Part shown: positions 19,870-28,015 of the stretch, piece by piece
Numbering within the stretch: the first letter of the stretch is position 1
Layout of the letters: each line of letters starts with the position of its first letter
IMG/VR virus record: IMGVR_UViG_3300034200_001896
Coordinates: 21,764-85,763 of that record
Direction: 5' to 3' (one strand)
Origin: a virus
Length of the DNA: 64,000 nucleotides
The notes under the pieces: model-generated
Seen by the model: the letters and a program-made list of their open reading frames with translations, nothing else
The model's database searches: none
Told to the model about the DNA's origin: nothing
Position numbers and translations under genes: made by a program

Positions 19870-20101
19870 TAGAATAGATGGGCAGCAGGAAGCAAACAAA
19901 AAAGAATAGCAGAAGCCTAAAAGAAAGTGCTAGACAAGTAGGAAGAAGTGATGTAGAATAGATGATGTAAAACGGACTCGACGGTTGGACTGACCACTCG
20001 CTTATAACGAGTTGCACTAGATTGGTGTTGGGATAGGGTTCGATTCCCTACGGGTCCATAGAAGAAAGTAGTTGACAAGTGAATAGCAGTTGATGTATAA
20101 T
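19848..20101 (+). promoter_or_regulatory. Three tandem strong sigma70-type promoters feeding the RNA cluster
   Basis: TTGACA..TAGAAT (19848), TAGACA-N17-TAGAAT (19931), TTGACA-N18-TATAAT (20072), each followed by AGATG. Confidence 0.75.
19974..20058 (+). ncRNA. tRNA-like RNA resembling a minimal tmRNA tRNA-like domain
   Basis: Acceptor GGACTCG/CGGGTCC-A, T-arm TAGGG-TTCGATT-CCCTA, stemless D-loop ACGGTTGGAC, no canonical anticodon arm. Confidence 0.6.
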
Positions 20102-20110
20102 AGATGTGTC

Positions 20111-20194
20111 GCCCCCATGGTGGAATCGGTAGACACAACAGACTTAAAATCTGTCGTCCGCAAGGGCATCCCCGTTCGACTCGGGGTGGGGGCA
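20111..20194 (+). tRNA. tRNA-Leu(TAA)
   Basis: Cloverleaf with long variable arm; ACAGA-CT-TAA-AA-TCTGT. Confidence 0.9.
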
Positions 20195-20211
20195 TGATGT
20201 AAAGTTGTAAA

Positions 20212-20284
20212 GGGTCTGTAACTCAATGGTTAGAGTACTCGCCTTTTAAGCGATAAGTTGTCGGTTCGAGTCCGACCAGACCCA
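20212..20284 (+). tRNA. tRNA-Lys(TTT)
   Basis: GGGTCTG/CAGACCC acceptor; CT-TTT-AA loop. Confidence 0.9.
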
Positions 20285-20286
20285 CT

Positions 20287-20670
20287 ATGAATAAACGTAA
20301 AACTCCAATAATTGGAGAATATGAAATTAGAAATTGCAGCAAACATGGTGAGGTTCGCTATGTGAAAGAATCTAGTGGCTACTGGCGTTGTACGAAATGC
20401 AGAAATGCAAATGTTAGCAATCGTAGAGACAAATTGAAGTTAATGGCAATTGAATATAAAGGCGGGGAATGTCAGAAATGCGGATATAATAAATGTAATA
20501 GAGCATTAGCATTTCATCATCTAGACCCAACACAAAAAGATTTTGGTTTAGCAAAAAGCGGATTAACAAGAAGTTGGGAAAAGATGAAAGAAGAACTTGA
20601 CAAGTGCATATTGGTATGTCATAATTGTCACGCAGAAATACATGATGAAGAACATATAAGAAGTTATTAG
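20287..20670 (+). CDS. HNH endonuclease inserted between tRNA genes
   Basis: KGGECQKCGY...FHHLDP...ELDKCILVCHNCHAEIH. Confidence 0.85.
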   Translation: MNKRKTPIIGEYEIRNCSKHGEVRYVKESSGYWRCTKCRNANVSNRRDKLKLMAIEYKGGECQKCGYNKCNRALAFHHLDPTQKDFGLAKSGLTRSWEKMKEELDKCILVCHNCHAEIHDEEHIRSY

Positions 20671-20671
20671 T

Positions 20672-20745
20672 AGGGGCATAGTTTAATTGGCAAAACCTCT
20701 GACTTTGAATCAGATGACGTGAAGGTTCGATTCCTTCTGCCCCTT
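20672..20745 (+). tRNA. tRNA-Gln(TTG)
   Basis: AGGGGCA/TGCCCCT acceptor; TCTGA-CT-TTG-AA-TCAGA. Confidence 0.9.
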
Positions 20746-20758
20746 TGTTGTGTTGTAT

Positions 20759-20832
20759 TCCCAAGTAGCTCAGTTGGTAGAAGCGCCGAACTGTTAATTC
20801 GGATGTCGTTGGTTCGAATCCAACCTTGGGAG
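20759..20832 (+). tRNA. tRNA-Asn(GTT)
   Basis: TCCCAAG/CTTGGGA acceptor; CCGAA-CT-GTT-AA-TTCGG. Confidence 0.9.
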
Positions 20833-20848
20833 CAGGTAGTATGTAGTC

Positions 20849-20921
20849 GGCCCTATCATCTAGAGGTCTAGGATACCGCCCTTTCAAGGCGATTACGCGA
20901 GTTCGAATCTCGCTAGGGTCA
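20849..20921 (+). tRNA. tRNA-Glu(TTC)
   Basis: GGCCCTA/TAGGGTC acceptor; CT-TTC-AA loop. Confidence 0.9.
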
Positions 20922-20922
20922 T

Positions 20923-21135
20923 ATGGAAATCAAAGAAGGTGACTTGGTTTGGAATAAATTTAATGGCTATGGGACGGTACTAAAGATTAGGATTGAATAT
21001 TGCGCCGTCTATTGGTATGCACCGACAAACCCAACAGAGAACACAAACTATCTTAAACCAGATTATCATGTAAAGTATGTAAGACAGTGGAAACGTAATG
21101 TTGAAGATAAATGCAGCGTTAGCTCAATTGGATAG
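20923..21135 (+). CDS. KOW/Tudor-like paralogue
   Basis: IKEGDLVW...YGTV...VYWY. Confidence 0.65.
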   Translation: MEIKEGDLVWNKFNGYGTVLKIRIEYCAVYWYAPTNPTENTNYLKPDYHVKYVRQWKRNVEDKCSVSSIG

Positions 21136-21138
21136 AGC
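21113..21138 (+). pseudogene. 5' fragment (acceptor strand plus D-arm) of a tRNA, probably Arg
   Basis: GCAGCGT-TA-GCTC-AATTGGATA-GAGC, then abruptly HNH coding sequence. Confidence 0.65.
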
Positions 21139-21481
21139 CGTGATGCCTTAGTCTATGGCAATTAGAACAAAGCAATATGCACTTATCAAGTTCTTGTTTT
21201 AACCTTTCATCGCTAACCATCTTTGCTCTATCCCATGCCATATCTTTCTTTGATGGGTCTAAGTGATGAAAATCATAAACAGAGAAATGATATGTCTGTT
21301 TGCAATCGTGACATTTATCGCCTTTATCTTTTATGGCTTTTATTTTTCTCTCTCTCCAACGGTTAATACAATAACTACTAAAACATTTCTTACATCTTGA
21401 CATAAATCTACCTTTAGTTCCAGCTTTCTTGTAACCGTTTAATTCATTAATTTCTACTTTACAATCTGTGCAAACTGACAT
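21119..21481 (-). CDS. HNH endonuclease
   Basis: KGDKCHDC...DFHHLDP...ELDKCILLCSNCHRLRH; AGGAG RBS. Confidence 0.85.
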   Translation of the reverse strand: MSVCTDCKVEINELNGYKKAGTKGRFMSRCKKCFSSYCINRWRERKIKAIKDKGDKCHDCKQTYHFSVYDFHHLDPSKKDMAWDRAKMVSDERLKQELDKCILLCSNCHRLRHHGSIQLS

Positions 21482-21495
21482 ATAGTATCTCCTAT

Positions 21496-21564
21496 GCCCC
21501 GTGTAGCGGACCTACTAGTTGGTCTTCTAAACCGACAAAAACCGTTCGACTCGGTTACGGGGTG
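21496..21564 (+). tRNA. Atypical tRNA-Arg(TCT) with aberrant D-arm
   Basis: GCCCCGT/ACGGGGT-G acceptor; TTGGT-CT-TCT-AA-ACCGA; AACCG-TTCGACT-CGGTT; G at position 8. Confidence 0.7.
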
Positions 21565-21605
21565 CTATAGTAAGTAGTTGGGTAAAACAGAAAAGTCTAC
21601 CTAAA

Positions 21606-21809
21606 ATGACAACAATAAATGTTGGTGATTTGCTGCGTACTAATAGTTGGTTTGGTGTTGTGATGCGTATAGATGAAGGAAATAATTACGAAGAAACTGC
21701 ATATATGGTTCACTGGTTCTTCCCTGACAATAGAAATCCTATTAGTATGATAAACGGTTATAATGCATTAAAGTATAGAATTAATGTATTGACAATACTT
21801 GGAAAGTAG
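21606..21809 (+). CDS. KOW/Tudor-like paralogue
   Basis: INVGDLL...FGVV...YMVHWF. Confidence 0.65.
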   Translation: MTTINVGDLLRTNSWFGVVMRIDEGNNYEETAYMVHWFFPDNRNPISMINGYNALKYRINVLTILGK

Positions 21810-21817
21810 TGTATAAT
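21789..21817 (+). promoter_or_regulatory. Consensus sigma70 promoter
   Basis: TTGACA-N17-TATAAT upstream of tRNA-Tyr. Confidence 0.85.
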
Positions 21818-21842
21818 ATTTTCCCTCACGCTGTGCTGTTAT

Positions 21843-21925
21843 GGGGATGTTGACAGTAAGGTTACTGACGTGGACTGTAAATCCGCTGCCATTAGGCCAA
21901 CTAGGTTCATGTCCTAGCATCCCCA
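21843..21925 (+). tRNA. tRNA-Tyr(GTA)
   Basis: GGGGATG/CATCCCC-A; GTGGA-CT-GTA-AA-TCCGC; long variable arm. Confidence 0.85.
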
Positions 21926-21970
21926 TCTTTTTTTCTTGACTTTCCCTCCAGCTTCGGTATACTAGCCGCC

Positions 21971-23085
21971 ATGTTAAAGACAAGAAAGCTGAATCTAGGT
22001 GACTTGGTTGCGGTAACAGAGCATAAAGACAATATCACTATTGGAATGATTGTAGAATTTGACGATGCTTATACTACCTACAAGATTGAGTGGTGCAACG
22101 GTAAACATATCTGGGCTAAGGCATCGTGGATAACTACCCAACAGTACCGTAACATTTTCCTTGACTGGAAGGCACAACTGTTATAGGATACTTCCCGTGA
22201 ACGACCCTTACATCGGCAAGTTGTTCCTCATGGATTGGCATCCTCCATCGTTCGGTGTTAACCCGACTCAGCGTATATATCTTTTCATGGTTGTCGGCAA
22301 GGGTAAAGAACATCATACCAAGCAAGGTTATATTTGTGAGTCCCTGACTTCGGGTAGGCAATATATCTACAACGAATACGAGATTATCTCAGGACTTGTG
22401 CAATACAAGCAATGGAAGGAGCAAAATAATGTTTGATATCCGCGAAGGTGATAGTTTGTTGGGTTATAGTATTGCTACCAAGGATTATATTGTTGGCATC
22501 GTTACTGATATTAAGCTTGACGCAATTGCCCGTAAGCAGTATAATGTTCATTGGGCTGATGCACAAGTTGGATGGTTGGACCATAACACCGCTGTACGTT
22601 TGCGTGAGAAATATCTTGACTTCCGCAACAAGTAGGGTATAGTGTTTATCATGGATATCAAAATCGGTGACAGTGTTGCGTTCATTGGCAGTGTTGCATC
22701 CACTGGTAAATCTTTCAGCTACGTTGGCGTGGTGTCAAAGATATCTAACCATAACCCTCGTTATTGTGTTTCTTGGAATGACGGTACGGAAACTTACGAA
22801 GATAGTCCTGAGATTGCCATTTTCCGAAAACAATACCTTGACTTCCTCAACAAGTAGGGTATAGTAACTATCATGGATATCAAAGTCGGTGACAGTGTAG
22901 CATTTAAGCCTAGGAAAACGTCTAACGAATACGATTTGGGAATCGTTGTAAATATAATTCCAAACAAAAATTACTGTGTAAAGATAATATGGAATGATGT
23001 TGCATTTCCCTCTAGTGAGACTGTTGAGTTAATGGCGGACGCTCTAGAGTTCCGTCAGATTTATCTTGACCTTCTCGCAAAGTAG
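21971..23085 (+). repeat. Second run of five KOW/Tudor-like genes (21971, 22197, 22429, 22651, 22873), most with own leaderless promoter
   Basis: GDLV/GDSV...G(I/M/V)(I/V)...W motifs; TTGAC-N17/18-TAtagT promoters embedded in the upstream gene end; 22197 is closer to the GKLF family. Confidence 0.75.
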
Positions 23086-23100
23086 GGTATAGTAGTAATC

Positions 23101-23442
23101 ATGAAAGCGACCGATTGCGTTGAGTGCGGAGAGCAGTTCAATCTTTATTCCCCTGAGAAGCGCAGGACAGGCGGTAAAGCTAATACTTGTCCCCTGTGTA
23201 GTGAGGAGACTGCCGTTAAATATGCGGGAGTCTCAGCAGGTGAAGGCAAGATGGGTAGTGTGCAGGTATTGAAGTTTTCCTCTAATGCTGACCGTGCAGC
23301 TTATCTTTCATTCTGGAAAGCTACAAGCGGTATGAATACAGGCAAGAACTGTCAGATGCAGTTTCGTGCCAAGGAACCAAACGTAAAGTTTAAGACTGTC
23401 GCAACCTTTACAGGCAACGTAAATCACAAGGGGAAGGCATAA
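23101..23442 (+). CDS. Zinc-finger hypothetical protein
   Basis: CVECG...CPLC; leaderless after TTGACC..TATAGT. Confidence 0.65.
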   Translation: MKATDCVECGEQFNLYSPEKRRTGGKANTCPLCSEETAVKYAGVSAGEGKMGSVQVLKFSSNADRAAYLSFWKATSGMNTGKNCQMQFRAKEPNVKFKTVATFTGNVNHKGKA

Positions 23443-23610
23443 TGTCTGACGTACTTTCGTCTAAGTATCTTACCCGTGATAATCGTCCAACCATTCGTCA
23501 ACTGTTTGAGAAACTTGGAATCAACAAAGGCGAGCATGATGAAAATGTTAGGGCAGCACTTGAAGAACTTATTACGTTGAGAAATCACAAGGGAAGGAGT
23601 TGATAATACA

Positions 23611-23841
23611 ATGCTTATTGAAAATAAGAAAAATCTGGATATCAAAACCTTAGATTCTATCAACAGCGGCGCTGCTTTTTGTTTTTATGAAAGTCACTTG
23701 GGCAAAGGTATATATATGAAAACTGCTCTACCGCCCAATGGTAAGAAGTACGCTATAGTATCTCTTGAAGATGGAGAGATTGAGGAATATGATAGGTCGG
23801 TGAGAGTGACCGTCCTTAATGCAAAGGTAGTTATAGACTAA
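23611..23841 (+). CDS. Hypothetical protein
   Basis: AGGAG RBS, 76 aa. Confidence 0.55.
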   Translation: MLIENKKNLDIKTLDSINSGAAFCFYESHLGKGIYMKTALPPNGKKYAIVSLEDGEIEEYDRSVRVTVLNAKVVID

Positions 23842-24434
23842 CCAATATATCTATCTTGCTTTGATATATTGTCCTTTGCCCAAAGAGGTTGGAGATTATC
23901 TAAACTCCAGCACTTAAGAAAGTTCTCGTCCTCTATAGAATCAAACGGCAACCAAGATTGAGGTATGATGTGGTCAATATGCCATTCACCGTGGTTATCC
24001 CATGTCATACCTTCTTTAAACTTGCTTTCAAGATGCTTACGCAAATCATCAGGGGTATAACCAAGACGTTCAAATATCTTCTTTGAAGGCCAACCATTCT
24101 TTAGGGCACGCTTGATAGAAACAAAAAGGTTCTTATACCAACCTCTAACTTCATATGACTTCTTCCAGTGTTTCCTCTGTATCTCTTTATAGCGTTCTGG
24201 ATTCTGTTCCTTCCAGCGTTTTGTATTCTCTCTTTGACGTTCCTTATTACCTTTTCTCCATTGACGGGAACGCTGATTAATGGTATCTTTGTTTTGTAGA
24301 GAGTAGTCCTTATCTTTAGAATGTTTGCAGGAACGACATATACTTTGATGCCCGTCTTTCTTTGTGGCATCCTTATTGAAATCAGCAAGTGACTTTTCTT
24401 CTTGACATACACGGCAAAGTTTGGTAGTATCCAT
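23838..24434 (-). CDS. HNH endonuclease (WHIDH type)
   Basis: KLCRVC...CRSC; LESKF..GMTWDNHGEWHIDHIIP...NLQPLWAKDNISK; ACTACTTA box 6 nt upstream of ATG. Confidence 0.85.
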   Translation of the reverse strand: MDTTKLCRVCQEEKSLADFNKDATKKDGHQSICRSCKHSKDKDYSLQNKDTINQRSRQWRKGNKERQRENTKRWKEQNPERYKEIQRKHWKKSYEVRGWYKNLFVSIKRALKNGWPSKKIFERLGYTPDDLRKHLESKFKEGMTWDNHGEWHIDHIIPQSWLPFDSIEDENFLKCWSLDNLQPLWAKDNISKQDRYIG

Positions 24435-24489
24435 ATACAGTAAGTAGTCAATCGGATAAGAATAGACCAAAGAAAGTGAGGAGATAATA

Positions 24490-24582
24490 ATGGGACATCC
24501 AAAGAAAAACCGCCCACGCAAGGGACGCAGGAAGATTGGTAGCAAGAAGCGTAAGGCTCAGAGCAATAACCGAAAGAAGTAA
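24490..24582 (+). CDS. 30-aa highly basic peptide
   Basis: GAGGAG RBS; MGHPKKNRPRKGRRKIGSKKRKAQSNNRKK. Confidence 0.6.
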   Translation: MGHPKKNRPRKGRRKIGSKKRKAQSNNRKK

Positions 24583-24950
24583 ACCATGAAAAGACTTAAG
24601 CGTGGCGACCTAGCTTGGATGATTTTTGATGGTAAGCAAAGCATGGTAATGATTACGGAGTGCAGATACAAGACTGATGTTTATCTTTGTGCCCCTGTTG
24701 CCGTAGCGCATCATGCATCATGGGTGTCAGGCTTTAGGTTGGAGCGTATAGTACCGTAAGGATTGCCTCCCCCTGCCACTACCGTAGTAGGGTGGGGGGA
24801 GGTCGTGAAAAAAACAAAATTTCCTGTGCAGCCAGCCGCCGTTAAGGCGGTATTCTAGTATATATTAGTACATATATATATGTATGGGGTAGTGGCGGCT
24901 AGCTCTTGACAGGGTACTACTGTAGTGGTAGAGTAGGAGGGGGCTACAGA

Positions 24951-25286
24951 ATGTATTATTCTTTTAGACAAAACAACAGCGGCGGTAGATTTCAAGGTCC
25001 AGCAAACACTGTATGGGTAGAAGCTGATAGCGCAGAGGAAGCTAACAATATATTTACAACTCTGGATAACTGTTACTTCGACCCTGACTTTCAGTTTGAC
25101 TGTGGATGCTGCCGTGCTCGTTGGTATGAGGCAGACGAGCAGGCTGCTAAATCACACTACGATATGTTGCGGGAGATAGATAGAGATATTAATAGTGAAT
25201 GGAAATCAATGAGTGATTTGATTGGCAGAAACAAGATTCCACAGCATATGGTAAGGCACAAGAATGGCACCGTCCAGTTTATCTAA
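24951..25286 (+). CDS. Conserved phage hypothetical protein
   Basis: FRQNNSGG.F...VEADSAEEAN...CGCC..RW; TTGACA promoter and AGGAGG RBS. Confidence 0.65.
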   Translation: MYYSFRQNNSGGRFQGPANTVWVEADSAEEANNIFTTLDNCYFDPDFQFDCGCCRARWYEADEQAAKSHYDMLREIDRDINSEWKSMSDLIGRNKIPQHMVRHKNGTVQFI

Positions 25287-25446
25287 AAACATAGGTAGAC
25301 TATGCATCGATGCTCTCAAAGGCACCATGTATATGATTGTCGGTGTTGAATGTGAAATTAATTCATCGCCTAAATATATACTATACAATGTTCAAAGCGG
25401 TGTAAGGTTTTCGTTGTATGTAAACGCTCTTGACAACCCCAACCTC

Positions 25447-25566
25447 GTCAAATGGCTGACGCCACCTCGATGACACGTCAGAAAAATGACGTGACAGAAG
25501 TTTGACATGTCAGAAATTTGACGTTAGCTGCTGTAAAGAAAGTTTGCTTCCTGTCAAAAATTTGAC
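25447..25566. repeat. Phased cluster of G(T/C/A)CA-N6-TGAC boxes
   Basis: Boxes at 25447, 25461, 25477, 25493, 25509 (16-bp period for the last four) and 25553. Confidence 0.75.
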
Positions 25567-25712
25567 AGGAAGCTCCAATCCAATACACTAATAATATCAT
25601 GGGTTTAGCGTTTCGTCAATGAAAGTCTTTGACCCTTGTAACCATGCGGAATCATTAGGGAAAGAGAATATTGGCGCGCCGTTTTTCCCCTTGTCCACCT
25701 ATCTTTTTCCAC

Positions 25713-25793
25713 CGTCACCACCATGAGACTGTCACACGGATGCGACACCGTGAAAACCGGTTGCTTGCAAGCGTGGCCGTTTCGTGAGAATAT
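25713..25793 (+). promoter_or_regulatory. Tandem TGTCAC-type boxes plus promoter
   Basis: Boxes 25713 and 25730, TTGCAA 25765, N17, GAATAT with upstream TG. Confidence 0.7.
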
Positions 25794-25837
25794 ATGTCCA
25801 CTTCAAACGACGGACTAACCGAAAGGCAAACGAAACT

Positions 25838-26491
25838 ATGAACCTGAATCTTAAGTGGACCATGGGCAACGCAAAGCTTGTCAAGACCTCCGGTGAGGCT
25901 TACCGTGTACTTGGCTTTGGCATCCCTGCCGATATGTCTTTCGATGGTGGCAATACTTGTCCCGGTGCTAACGCTTGCCGTGGAGTGTGCTACGCTAAGC
26001 AGGGACGTTATATCATGGCAGGGGTTAAGAATGCTCGGATGCATAACTTCAATGCCTCCCGTGATTATGTTTCCTTCGTTGTGTCTGCCATTGCTGACCT
26101 GACCCGTTTGACTAAGCGTTATAACGTGGTTCGTTTGCACGATAGCGGGGACTTCTACTCTCAAGAATATCTCAACGCTTGGAAGGCTATTGCGTTTGCT
26201 TTCCCTAACACTATCTTTTATGCTTACACTAAATCTCTGCACCTTGACATTGAGAGCGATAAGCCTGCTAATCTTCGCATCGTTCAGTCTCTCGGTGGCA
26301 AGTATGATGCAAAGCTTAACCTTAATCTCCCTCACTCCCGTATCTTTTCCACTGACGAGGACCGCATTGCAGCGGGATACATTGACGGTAACGTGAGTGA
26401 CATTCCGGCAATCGAGGGAGAGATTAATATTGGTTTGGTTTATCACGGTGTCCGCAAGCTTACGTCTGCACAGAATGAGTTTTTCCGCTAA
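25838..26491 (+). CDS. Gp88-like phage protein (three-Cys motif)
   Basis: GNAKL, TCPGANACRGVCYA, RLHDSGDFYS, FYAYTKS. Confidence 0.75.
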   Translation: MNLNLKWTMGNAKLVKTSGEAYRVLGFGIPADMSFDGGNTCPGANACRGVCYAKQGRYIMAGVKNARMHNFNASRDYVSFVVSAIADLTRLTKRYNVVRLHDSGDFYSQEYLNAWKAIAFAFPNTIFYAYTKSLHLDIESDKPANLRIVQSLGGKYDAKLNLNLPHSRIFSTDEDRIAAGYIDGNVSDIPAIEGEINIGLVYHGVRKLTSAQNEFFR

Positions 26492-26706
26492 TCATTAACA
26501 TAATGCCGCTGCCCTAGCGATTGATGCTAGGGTTTGCGGCGGCTGTAACGTCCCTTTACACCGGAAATATGGCGCGCAAAATATTGCCAGCCGCCTGCCT
26601 GTCAAGCTCTTTCTGATGGGTGTCACATCCATGCGACTGTCACCCGAACGTGACACCTAAAAACCGGAAGCTTGCACGTACGGGGAAGAGCAGCTATATT
26701 ATGTGC

Positions 26707-26874
26707 ATGAACGACGAACACATGTGCGAGCGGTGCGGTGAGGAACCTGCCTCTAATCTTTTGGAGCATACGCTGTATGCGGAAGCGGTTTGCGGATTGT
26801 GCCTGAAGGATGAACGGGAGCACCACGAAAATGAAAACGTTCTTTACATGGAGGATTATCGGGCAGCGATGTGA
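26707..26874 (+). CDS. Small zinc-binding hypothetical protein
   Basis: CERCG...CGLC; leaderless start. Confidence 0.55.
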   Translation: MNDEHMCERCGEEPASNLLEHTLYAEAVCGLCLKDEREHHENENVLYMEDYRAAM

Positions 26875-26941
26875 AACCTGAAGGCGACAGGTAGAAAAAG
26901 GTAGCTTGCAAAAAACCGGAACCCGTGAGATAATAACCGCC

Positions 26942-27175
26942 ATGAACGACAACATCCAGTGGACGAACGATGCGACGGCCAATGTGGCAAAGTGGATTGA
27001 CCGTGACCCTGCCTTCTACAACGTTGCAAAGAATAATGCGAAGGGACGGCAGCCGTATCTGAACCTGCGTTCATGGATGAAGGAACTGGGTTTCCATAAG
27101 ACTCCTGACCAGATTTCTTTTTTTGATTCCACGCTTGACATTCGGCAGCTCAATCTTTTCATCAAGGAGCTTTAA
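26942..27175 (+). CDS. Hypothetical protein, paralogue of next gene
   Basis: WTNDATANVA.WI...TPD. Confidence 0.6.
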   Translation: MNDNIQWTNDATANVAKWIDRDPAFYNVAKNNAKGRQPYLNLRSWMKELGFHKTPDQISFFDSTLDIRQLNLFIKEL

Positions 27176-27177
27176 TC

Positions 27178-27411
27178 ATGGCTGATACCTCTTACAACGG
27201 TTGGACGAACTACGAGACTTGGAACGTTGCGCTGTATATCCAGAACGAGGAGCCGCTTTATAGGATTGCCTTGCGGAGTGATGATTATGCTGATTTCCTT
27301 AGAGAGTCAGAACATATCCGTGGAGTGAACACTCCTGATGGTGTACAATGGGATAGCGGAGAGCTTGATTGGGATGAGCTTGATGATATGATTGTGGAGC
27401 TTCGCTCTTGA
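27178..27411 (+). CDS. Conserved phage protein (YNGWTNYETWNVAL family)
   Basis: YNGWTNYETWNVALYIQNE...TPDGV; AGGAG RBS. Confidence 0.7.
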   Translation: MADTSYNGWTNYETWNVALYIQNEEPLYRIALRSDDYADFLRESEHIRGVNTPDGVQWDSGELDWDELDDMIVELRS

Positions 27412-28015
27412 TTCATCGTAGCAACGCAATCTTTTTCATTCCCTCGCTGTATATTCCTGTTGGGATTATCGCTTATCTTTGGAGGATACATTGATTATTA
27501 ATCTGAACGACTTTCGCAAGCTGCACGGTATTGACAATCAAACTGACTTTTGGAATCTGTTGACGGATTGGAGTGAGAGTGCTAGCGTTCCCGCTATGTG
27601 CTCTCAGCTGTGTGAGGTTTCCCCTGATGCGAAGTGCGAGCATGGTGCTCCCAGTATCATTGTGCGTGTGATTGGAGAGAACTGATATACATTGCCCCGC
27701 TGCCCTGTTAATGACAGGGTTTGCCCGGGCTGGATTGCGCGAGGGACAATATTCAGCGCGGCAATATTTCCCAGCCCCCGGCAAGTCAAGTGGAAAGTTC
27801 ACGGTGTCACCGGCTGGTTACTGTCACCCGAACGTGACACCTAAAAAAGAGGTTGCTTGCCAAGTGAGGCAGGGTGTGAGAATATATGTCCCGTTGATGC
27901 AGCACGGGTGAGCGGTGAAGGTGAAACCCGGAAGTGACACCCTGAAAAAAGAAGCTTGCAGGTTCGAAGGTTCCACGGTATAATAAGCGCAACCCAAACG
28001 AAAGGTAACAAAACA

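Noticed and set aside
20414-20887. Reverse-strand 157-aa ORF
   Set aside because: Translation of tRNA antisense sequence (GFEPTTS, GIEPS are typical artefacts)
25447-25566. CRISPR array
   Set aside because: Repeats are 14-bp degenerate palindromes with 0-2 bp gaps, with no 25-40 bp unique spacers and no cas operon
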